From positions 8,184,302 through 8,248,301 of the forward strand of contig MU058065.1 of assembly GCA_013265495.1 (NCBI GenBank): 64,000 nt of DNA. The letters are read 5' to 3'. Shown here piece by piece: positions 53,887-64,000 of this stretch. The notes beneath the pieces are model-generated. The model was not told where the DNA came from, searched no databases, and saw nothing but the letters and a program-made list of their open reading frames with translations. The translations under genes and the position numbers were made by a program. Each line of letters starts with the position of its first letter. The first letter of the stretch is position 1. The stretch is from Vicugna vicugna. Its lineage: Eukaryota.

Positions 53887-55890
53887 CTGCCAAAGAAGAA
53901 GAAAACAGAGATGACGACCCAGGAGGCTTTCATGCGGCCCTGGATGCTCAGGCAGGCAGAGGAGGAAAGCAGGAGCAGGGGCAGGAGTTACGTCTGGCAG
54001 GCAGGTGAGATGGGGACTGCCAGATGGGGAAGGCGTGCATGTGCGCTTTCACTGGGGCTTCGGGAATTTCAGTATTTCCTGAACCTGACTCTTCTATTCC
54101 GTAGGTTTTCAAATTTTAAAAATTCAGAATTCAGAAATGAACAGGGGAAAGAGGAACCTCAGCACGATGAGTAAACTTATTAGATAATTTCTGTTGCCGT
54201 GTCAGAGAAGCCACCCAGGTGCGTCAGCACACCCGAAACCACCCATTTAACCCTATGCCCAGGTGACTGCTCTGCCTGCCGCTGGGAGGACAAGGAAGGA
54301 ACGCAGGACCATCAGGCCACAAACACACAGTTTGGAACCTTACTTCCTCTATTACTGACACATTTTAAAGATTAGTAGATTTGATGACATAAAACTAAAT
54401 TGTCAAAAAACATAGGCTGAAATGAAAGGCAAAACTCCTGAATAAAGATACTTGCAAGAAATATAAACAGAGCTCATACTTTAAAAAAATACAAAGATAA
54501 GAAGACAGAGATGTAACCAATTCAAAAGAGGAGGGGAAAGGACTAATAGACATTTGGAGAAATGTGCAACTTCACAAATAATCAGAGTAATAAAAAGCCA
54601 CGTTTTACTTATCAAACCTGTGGGATTAGGAAAACAGACAACAGCATTGCCAGATGGGAATAAAACCTTCTGGAAAACAGTTTGGCAATAATATATGGCA
54701 AGATAAAAAGTGGTCATAATGATTCAACTTCCAGGAATCTATCTCAACTAACAGTTGAAAATACAAAAATTTATAGACCAAAATGTTCCTTACAGCTTTA
54801 ACACTAGGAAAACTGGGAGCAATTAAAATTAAACAAAAAGAAAATGATTTACCCAATTTCCAACCCATCCTTACAATGGAATGTTATATAGCCATTAATT
54901 TCTTTTTTTGGAAGAAATTTTGGAAAAGACAAAAATAACAAAAAACAATATTAAGTTCAACAGTATGAAATCATTTTTTTGGAGGCCAAAGTGGTTCAAT
55001 AATGGATACATACACTTTTCATTACTCTGAACTGTTTAACATGCACCATTGAAATAAAAATGCTTATGCAGGAACACTCAGTGAAAAAGGCAAGATATAA
55101 ATTAAATTGCATATATAAAATATTGTATATTTTAATGCACAGGAAAAAAGGCTGGAAGGAACAAAACTAAAATGCTAACGGTGTTTAAGTGAGTGGGGAG
55201 AGATGGGGGCTGTTTTTCTTCTTTGCACATTGATATGCTTTCCATATGACCGATGACGAGTGTGTGGTAGGTTAAAGAGGCAAAATTCAGAGGCATACCC
55301 AAAGGAGAGTGACAGAAAGACTGACAGAGATAGTCTTTATATTTTATATTAATAAAAAGTATAATCTACTAAGAAGACACAGCAATCATGAACTGCCTGA
55401 AAATTAAGAAACAAATGCACAAATCCACAATCGTTGCAAGAGTATTCAAGGTGTATCTTGTTAGAGAGCAGACTGAGTGTGCCAAACACTGATAAGGATA
55501 CAGAGGAGTTAAACAACTGATCATCAGCAAAATTCATCTGAAAGCTACAGAGAGAATTCTGTGCCCAATAAACAGTTTTCTAAAGAAAAAAACATGTGGA
55601 GTGTTACCAAAAACAACCATACCACCCAAGAAAACATGAATGAATTTGCAAAAGCAGAAGTCATCCAAGTCACCATGCACTGTGGTCAGAAAACAGGAGT
55701 AAAAAGATGACAAAACAAAACAGATTTTTAAACAGTCTTTGTAGGTTACTTTTGCATACATCTATAAAAGTATAAAAAAAGTGAAAAAGAAAAAAACATT
55801 TGACCTGACATGAAAAAGACTTTGTAACAGTGGAAATCACTGGTTTAACACAAGCAACAGTGAGACTACCAGGTGTCAAGACCTGCAGTC

Positions 55891-56056
55891 TTTTTTTTTT
55901 AATATTATTTCTAACTTATTTATTCATTTAATGTTTTTTGGGGGTGGGGGAGTAATAAGGTCTATTTATTTATTTCAGTGGAGGTACTGGGGATTGAACC
56001 CAGGACCTGGTGCATGCTAAGCACGCGCTCTACCACTGAAGTGATCCCCTCCTGGA
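55891..56056 (-). mobile_element. tRNA-derived SINE (Vic-1-like)
   Basis: CAGTGGTAGAGCGCGTGCTTAGCATGCACCAGGTCCTGGGTTCAATCCCCAGTACCTCC; 16-bp TSD caaga(c/a)ctgcagtctt. Confidence 0.85.
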
Positions 56057-57088
56057 CAAGAACTGCAGTCTTAATCCCGAGCACGGGTCTTCTCCTCCCA
56101 GTACCTAACAAATGGATTAAAGTAATGGTAAAAGTGAGCTCCCCAAAAAGATCACCAGCAGCTTCCAAAGGAAGAGATGCCACTGGATGCCGTGCATTTC
56201 AACAGGTAGAGGCCAAGGAGAGACATTCTGCAGGGAGCTGTCCCATCATCCCCGGAAACTGTCCTGGTGACTCCAGAGAATTCTACCTTGTGCCCCAAAA
56301 TGGTAAGGGAGTGACTTCACCATGCACCCTCTGCTTTCGGCTTTTTGAACGGGGTGGGGACAGAGAGGGAACAGGAGTGGCTGCCGGGATTGACAAGCAG
56401 AACGGGAGATGAGAACACCCACGGCTGACTCTGACTGAGGTGCAGGCTCCAGGCCCCGGGAGAAGGTGACAAAAACCTTGGTGGAAGACAGTCAACAAAA
56501 CCTCAGAAGGCAGTGTGGTGCACCCAAGGGGCCCGACCAACACCAGACATGCACTGGCTGGAGCCAGTCTGGGCAACGCTCCCTCCCCGCATTCTCGGGT
56601 TAACTAGCCGCAGAGAGAGTATGGTGAGGATCTGCACTGTTTGCTGAACTGTTACCCTTCCTGGGAGCAGGGCGTTCACAGCTGCCTGGCATGGCTGGAA
56701 CCTGCAGTCCAACAGGAATATGCACTCTCAAGTCAGATTGCCTGGGTTGGAATCCCAGTTGCACAACCTATTGGCTATGTGATCCTCTCTGGGCCTCAGT
56801 TTTCCCATCTCTAAAATGGCTGTTATACGGAATAAAAGAGTTAGCATATATAAGGGGCTTATAACAACCTGGCATGTAGCAGGCTCCCTTAAGTGCTACC
56901 TTTTGTTAATATGACCAGTGACTTCCTCCCAAGGACCTGCCTTACTAGGCTGGCCATGGTGAGAAGGAGGATGGGCCTTGGCACCCAAAAAGTCATATGA
57001 ACAACCAGCTAGACTACATCTGCTCCTCCAGAGGAACTTTTCAAAACCAGCATCTTCCTGCACGAGGGGCAATGACACAGCTACTTAC

Positions 57089-57139
57089 TTAGGGCATCGT
57101 AGTCCGTCATGCTGAAGTTCCACGTCTTGGTGGCAGGAT
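57089..57139 (-). CDS. SMARCAL1: SMARCAL1 exon 4 (51 bp; end of HARP1, DPATKTWNFSMTDYDAL)
   Basis: cag|ATCCTG...GCCCTAA|gtaag. Confidence 0.93.
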
Positions 57140-57744
57140 CTGAAATGAAACAGAAGTACCTGGTTTGCCCACAATGAGGCTGATGGCTGTTGTTATAAGT
57201 TGTACTTGGATATTTAACAAAGGTTTATTGAATGAATGAATGAATGAATGAATGCTAAGTTCGCAACAGTTGACTGAAAAGCCCCTATTGCCGTACAAAA
57301 TCCCTGCAGAGAACAAACAGCAAATATAAATGAGGATAATGCTTCTGCTCTGTCCTTGTGGATGAACCAAACTGAGTACGTCACTTCATCTTGCTGAGCC
57401 AGTTCCATCGCCTTTGAAATGTAAATAACACCTACTTATGGCAAAGAACTGTTGTTAGGCTTCAGTGCTACAAGGCATAGAAAGCACCTGGCAGGGGCAT
57501 CTGCCTCTGAGTAAATATCCATCTACGCTCTGTATGGCCATGCAGCAGCCCCTGGGTGGGGCAACGGTTTGAAGGCATGTCTGTTACAAAAGGAAACATG
57601 AGCTAAAATAGAAAATTTTTAACAACTGGATAGACAGAATGTACCAATGCACTCTCTTCATGTTTATGAGAAACCGTCAGAGTAAAAGAGATTCTAGAAA
57701 TATGACAAAACATCCGAACAAGAACTAGATGGAAGACTTATTAC

Positions 57745-58567
57745 CGTAACGTCTGCTGGGCAGACTCTTAAACACTGCAATGAGCTCCACATTGTACCCG
57801 ATCTTCACCTGGAAACGGTCTCCATCCCTTATGCACGTTCCCTGCTGGGAGCTTGCCGCTTTCTGGAGTGGGGTCCCCGATTTCTGTTGGAGTCTTCCTT
57901 CTGTCTTAGGCGTCACACTCCCTGAGCCACAACGGATGTCAGAAATGTTCTGTCCGGAGGTGGAGGGTCTTGACATCTTGGCCTCTAATTCAGGATCTCT
58001 GGGTCGGGAGGAAGAAGCTGCTGTTTCCTGGGAATTCTTTGCTTTGGCCAAAGGCTCATGAGCTGTGTTAGCAAAAGGTGTCAATGTGGTCTCGTGTGAA
58101 GCCTGAGGATGACCATAACCTAACTCATAACCCAAGAGCTGTTGGCTGGTGACCTCTGGAGGGCTGTGTGCCAAGGGAGGGGAGATGCCAGTGACAGTCA
58201 TTTGGCTCGGTGGGCTGTGGCTTGGGCAGGATGTGGGCATCTTCTCTTGCCTTTTCCATGTCCCCTGTGCCCACGTTGAGGTGCTGAGTTGAAAACTCTG
58301 GGAATTTGGGGGTCTCTGGTCACCATTTGATGAATTCCTGGGATTCTGTTGCTTGAAAACAACACCATGGCTCCCTGAGTTAGAAGGATCCCTGGGGAGG
58401 TTTTGAGAAGGGCCCTGCTTGGACTGGGAAGGTGTGGCAGCAACGGCGAAGCCAGAGCCTGCGTTCTGACGCTGTTCTGCCAATAATTTCTCAGCTCTAC
58501 GGGCCAGAGCCTTTTGCCGATTCTCTTCAATTTTTTTCCTCTGCTCCTCTGTAAGAGGCAAGGACAT
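57745..58567 (-). CDS. SMARCAL1: SMARCAL1 exon 3 coding part (823 bp; RPA-binding motif [24 protein letters not shown] and start of HARP1); exon begins at 58625
   Basis: ATG at 58567 (AAAATGT); donor TACG|gtaat; acceptor cctcag|CTTTTG at 58625. Confidence 0.96.
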
Positions 58568-59032
58568 TTTAACAGGAAAACGCTCATGCAGGAATGTCAG
58601 TCTTTAATCAGAAACTTGGCAAAAGCTGAGGAAGGAAAAACAATATTGAAATAAACATTAAATGTATTTATTTGCTTACTTTAATTTTAACAAGCTTTTG
58701 TGCCAGGAAATGCACAAGAAACATAATCAGAGAATAAATTAAGGTTTCTTTTATAATTAAACACTCACACACACACAGGGACAGTAGGTACCATATGCCA
58801 AAAACCATGACCTTGACAAAAAGAGCAAAAAGCAAGGTCGATCAAATCCAAAGCTGAAAAGGTTATTTCAACTGCAGTATTTCTCTCTCTCTCATGCACC
58901 AACCAATACAAGTTATCAGATCTCAAGAAAGTTATGCAGTGCAAATTAAATCCATCAGATAACGAGAAGGGTGACATTTCAAACTAGAAAGGATAATGGA
59001 TTAGACTGACATAGACCAAAATAACCAAATAC

Positions 59033-59069
59033 CATGGAGTGACCCTTGCTAAAATAGCCTCTTTCCAAC
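59033..59069 (-). other. SMARCAL1: SMARCAL1 non-coding exon 2 (37 bp, 5' UTR)
   Basis: ttccag|GTTGGAAAG...CCATG|gtattt; resembles the human 5' UTR exon as I recall it. Confidence 0.7.
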
Positions 59070-59959
59070 CTGGAAGAAGGAAAAAGCATTCACATCACAC
59101 ACACTGCACACTAAATTCACCTGCCTCCCTGCCCCCCAAAATCAATCCTCTTATCATTCCTGGCAAATCAATCTGCAGATGGTCAGGTGCAAACCTTAGC
59201 ATGCTTTCCAAATCTACCACCATGGAGCAATCAAGTGACTCTTGAGAAAAATAAGGGGAAAAAATATATATTCTCATTGTACAAATTCAGATGCTACATA
59301 AAGAAAAGAGTAAAACTAATCTGTAATCTCATCATCCACCAATAACCACTGTTCATAATTTAAAGAATAATTCTGATTTTTTTCCTATCTATATCCATAG
59401 ATATATGTCATGTATTTGGAAGATAGATGAATTTATTACAAAATAGGATCATTAGTGTTCTGTTTTGTATCCACCCCCCTCCCTTTTTTTCTTGCCAATT
59501 AATTTACCTAAGTCATTTTTTCTATGAGCTGAGTCACTTTTACAGTACCCTAAACCCAGGGCGCTGGAAACCAATTTCTCTGGCTTGGTTCAGAATAAAT
59601 AGCTTCCATCCAACGTAATACCATGTGATGCTTACAATGATAACATGGGGACCCCGAGGAGTCAAAGGTTTCCATCCTTGACAAGAACTTCCTTGACAAG
59701 AACCCCAAACATCTATCTCCAGAGACCTCCCACTTCCTCCAACCACCAGCAGTTAAGAAAGGGTTAGGGAACGGTTTTGTTCCCGGGGCACGGCTGAAGC
59801 TCTCAGGCTCCCTGAGTAAAACACTCTTGCCTAACTTTCCAACCAGGGCTCTCCTGAGCCCCCCAAACTTCCAGGTCCAAGTCCTGGTGTGCTGCCTCCA
59901 CTAGCCAGGGGAGTCAAGGCCATGGAACGAAGTCCCATTGATCAGCCCCAAACTTATGG

Positions 59960-60560
59960 TCCCGCCACACGGACGCCTCTCTTCTTTTCTCTGGGACCTG
60001 TGTTCCACGCTATTTGGGGGTGCGCCTCCCCCCGACCCCGCAGTACGGGAGCGCCACGTCCCACTCCCACCCCTATCACCTCCACTTGGATTCACCCTTC
60101 CCGTTGGCCTACTCCCTGCCCCAGGCTAGCATTTGGTCTCGTCCGCCTCCACCGCCTTCCTCCCAGTTTATCTTCTCACCTAGAGAGAGGCCTGGAAAGC
60201 GAGCCACGTTCGCGGCCGACCCCGAGCCGAGGCGCGTCTCCAGAGCCCTCCCGAACCAGATTACTCCTCCGGGTGGCCAGTTAGGAGCCGGTATTTTAAC
60301 GCTGCCAGTTCTCCCGCCTTATTTCAGGCGCAGGGCCTGGAGGTAGTGTTGGTGGCGGAGTTGTTCACCGTGGAACTACATTTCCCAGCGGGCAACGCGG
60401 CCCCAGCTACGCTTCAAAAAGTTAGCGTTATGAGACCGGAGCGGCGCTGCAAGGTCTTCTGGGATTTGTAGTTTGAACCCGGAGCCTGGTGAGAATTAGG
60501 AGAGACGCAACGTCATGAGAGGGGCTAGAATGGTGCACCCTGGGAAGTATAGTCCTCGGT
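59960..60560. promoter_or_regulatory. SMARCAL1: CpG-island promoter with ZNF143/SBS-type motifs
   Basis: High CpG density; ACTACATTTCCCAG at 60375-60388 (+), ACTACAAATCCCAG at 60459-60472 (-), ACTATACTTCCCAG at 60540-60553 (-). Confidence 0.8.
60180..60300 (-). other. SMARCAL1: Putative SMARCAL1 exon 1 (start uncertain)
   Basis: Donor TAG|gtgaga at 60180 inside the CpG-rich region. Confidence 0.45.
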
Positions 60561-63500
60561 ACCCTCAAAGGTTTCATGAAACCTTTCGAGTTCTGGGTCC
60601 TGAAAGCCTGGGTCCTTCAGGTTTCCTAAATTGGAGTCTCGCTGACAGAGCTCTCAGAAGGCTGTCAGAGCTGTCTCCAAAGCGCTTCCTAGACGGGCAA
60701 ACAGATTTGGTAGCTCTTAATAAAAGAAGCCCCAGAGGCGTCCATTATTGAATTGATAACCTTGCAGTTTAAGCCCCACTTGCTGTTCAACTCCAGCCTG
60801 ACCTTCCTGGATCAAAAGAGAGTTAGCATTGTCGTCATTGTCTTCGTCATCATCATTGTGCTGAGCATTTAGTGTGAATTACCTCATTTAATCCTCACTA
60901 CAGCCTTACAGCACACACAGTATTTCTATCCTCCTTTTACACATCGGAAAACTGACTAGCTTTTTCAAAGCCTTGGGAGGCTATTTGTGATTCTGATTCT
61001 GGAGTGCAGGCTTCTGAGAGAAAATTAGTAAATTGACACTATCAGAGTCAGTTTACCCCATTTCTGAGCACTAGACCCATTTCCATTCCATAATCAACTC
61101 CACTATTAAATATTGGCAGTAAATATAAATTTTCCCCTATCATCAGTGTACACGTAAATGTTGATATTCTGTTTTCAAACATGGCTCATTTAAAAACAAA
61201 AAGGTAGAGCTCTACTTAAGGATTTGGAAAAACGGCCAAGACGTGTTGTTAAGAAAAACAAAGCAATGTGTATAGTTTGACCCATTTAAATAAAAAAAAA
61301 AAACCTTACTTACCAATGCATGTAAACTCATAGTTCAAGACCAAGGTGGGATGGGATACACTCTTCTACTTTTTAATCTATATTTTTCTGAATTATTTGA
61401 ATTTACTTAAAATAATCGTGTAGAACGGTGTGACTTTTAAAACAGTAAATCCAGCTTTTTAAATGACAAAGACATTGGCCTGTCTTACAGTCCTTGAGTA
61501 AAGTTCACCAGAAGAGTTGGGAGAGGCATGTTGCTATTGTTTGAAGCGCACCTTCTTAGGTCTTTCATTACTCTACACCCCAGCAGCCATTCCCTGCTAT
61601 ATAGTGTGAACAGAAACTAATGAACATCTTGCCCTGCCCTTCCTGTGCCCCAACAGAGTCAGTTAATTTGCTAAGAAAGCTGGTTGCTGGGCATTTCATC
61701 CACGACTGTCACCAGTTCATGTGACAGTCACTTCCCTTGGCTGTGCTCAGTTGGCTCACTTGTAAAATGGCATATTGCCCTTTGATGTGAGCTAAGAGGG
61801 CATGTGGACCAATGCAGCTTGGATTCTAGTGTTCCTAAAGCCCAATTCAGCAGGTCTGGAAATGAACTAAAAAATATGCTTATCTTTCCAGCTCAGACAG
61901 TCTAAAATCCTAAGAATGGGAAATCAGAATAAGAATTCAGTTTTTAAAAACTGTCTTCAGAAGGTAAACTAATCAAAATACCACTCAGTGTTCACATCTG
62001 TTCTTTCAGCACCATTTATTGAGTGCTATTATATGCAAGGCTTTTTCTTTTTCTTAATGTCTATACTTCCAAAGTTCTTGAGGCAACTTATAGTGAAAAT
62101 TCATTCACTGAAAAGGTTTAAAGGTCTGGAAGAAAGCGCAGGAACCAAGGAATGGAGGGAAAGGAGAGGATATTTGTAGCAGCTGAGCTCCAAATTAACA
62201 CAGAGCCTCCTTGCAACTAAAGCAAAAAAATGGAAAAATCATGCAAGGCCTTCAAATAAACACCGCATAGCTGAGGCTCCCAAACATAGGACAGCTGGGC
62301 AGTGCCAGACTGGTTTGAAGCAGCACCTGGTTGCCTTAGAAACACACAAACAAAATGACAATGTGATGAGTATTTTATAACGGTATTTTTTAAATGATTT
62401 ATATAATGATATAAAATTACATAAGATGGCTTGAGAATTTATCTCATAGTTTTTCATGTTTAACTCATTTTCTTTAGTAAAATGAGGATGGTCATAAATG
62501 CCTTTATTTACCAAAATTAGAAGTAGTTTTCCTTTCAAAAGTATCCAATAATAATTAGTCTCTGAAATCCAAAAATCTGCAGACACAATTTTAAGGGATT
62601 CTAGAGATGAGTAAGATCCAGTTCCCAATTCTCCAAAAGATTACCATATTTGAAGGACAGAAGACAGATAGCTAAAATCATCAGATTTAGCAAATGTCCC
62701 ACATATTTGTCTACAATATTGCATGGGACATATATTAAAAAGCATTATTTATCTGAAGTTTAAATTAAACTGGGGGGCCTATATTTTATCTGACAACCAC
62801 AAAATCAGTCCACTCCTATTATATCAGTGAGCAACAAACAAATATTCATTGATAGATAGATGATTCACAGGTATACTGAAACACCGAATTTTCATGGGAT
62901 ATGGTGAGCTATGTGTCCTTCTACTCCGCCATTTTGGCACCAACCCCCCAATACATCAAATTTTAAATCAAGAAGGGACTACCTGGTTTTATAGGTGAGG
63001 AAATAGAGGCCAGATCAGCTGCTAGTCCACACAGCACCATTGTGTATTACAAAAAACACACCCAGAGAAATTAGCTGTGCCTGACATCACAGACCCAGCA
63101 GAGGCTGGGCTGGAATAGGGAACCTCAATCCCACTGCAGGCTCTTTGTGACACTAATTAAACATACACGAAGTTGTTGCAGGCTTGCTCTTGCCTGACAG
63201 TATGTCTGGGTACCTACCACAGTCCTCTCCCTGGAGCTTACATGCTAGTGATGCAAGCACTGGGCTTCCCTCTTCCCTCAGTTTCTGGTCCCCTAGGGAG
63301 GGCTTGACAGACCTTTGGGAAGGGAGTTTTTGACAGCCACCTCAAGGGCATGTCATCACTCAAGTTAATTACACCTAGAGCACTGTGATAAGATTCGAGA
63401 GCGGATGCAAGATTTTGGGTGTGTAAGCAGGCTATTCCCTCCTCAGGCACTGCCAGGTGGTAAAGGTATTTGCATATCCAAAGCGCAGAGGAGCCATGTG

Positions 63501-64000
63501 AAGGTTTATAAGCCAAGAAATTCACCTTCCCTAGTGGTTGTTCCGTTCTGATGGACTTAATTGCTTGAGTCTGACAGTTCAGTTTTTCTCCCTTCTTTCA
63601 TCTGCACCTCCTTAACCCCACTAAAGCTCTAAATGTATTATAAAGACAAAAACTCCAGTATTATTTCTACACCATGCATTCTATAGTTTAGTGTGAGGGT
63701 TTTCCAAGAGTCTTAATTTCTAGAACTGTTTGGTCTTGGTAGCTGTGATTAATTACAAGCCTCTCCCTCAAATCTGGCACATTTTCTGCTGGGATGGCTT
63801 TGCCAAAAGCATCCCCCTTGACCCCCTATTCCGGTTTTCTTAGACCTGTGAAATGTCACTTTTCCTGTCCCTTCAAAATCACAAATTCCACTTTATTCAT
63901 CCATTCATTTATATATTCATTTAGTAACAATTCAAGGATCTGCTATGGGCCATACACTGTGCAAAGGCCCTGTGGTTGCAATAGTCAGTTAAAACCCCAA

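Overview
Mammalian genomic DNA, probably camelid (inferred from Vic-1-like tRNA-derived SINEs). Most of the window (~8.9-60.3 kb, minus strand) is a complete, intact SMARCAL1 (HARP annealing helicase) gene. I located 16 coding exons by splice sites (2874 nt including stop, 957 aa), two putative 5' non-coding exons, one GC-AG intron, two upstream AUGs and a CpG-rich promoter with three ZNF143/SBS-type motifs. Bases 1-4060 (minus strand) are the 5' part of a class III, ERV-S-like endogenous retrovirus: a 428-bp 5' LTR, a perfect tRNA-Ser primer-binding site, a splice donor, then gag, protease, RT and RNase H in a single reading frame; integrase and the rest lie outside the window. The provirus is the most unusual part. 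It has an amber gag-pol junction resembling the MLV readthrough site, nonsense codons falling mainly on probable Trp codons (possible APOBEC3 G-to-A editing), ORFs starting inside the LTR and clustered NR5A-like sites in U3. The introns hold ordinary L1, MIR, MER and LTR repeats, plus a candidate L1 3' transduction and an unusually similar pair of L1 fragments flanking exon 15. Repeat family names and exon numbering come from recall, not database searches.
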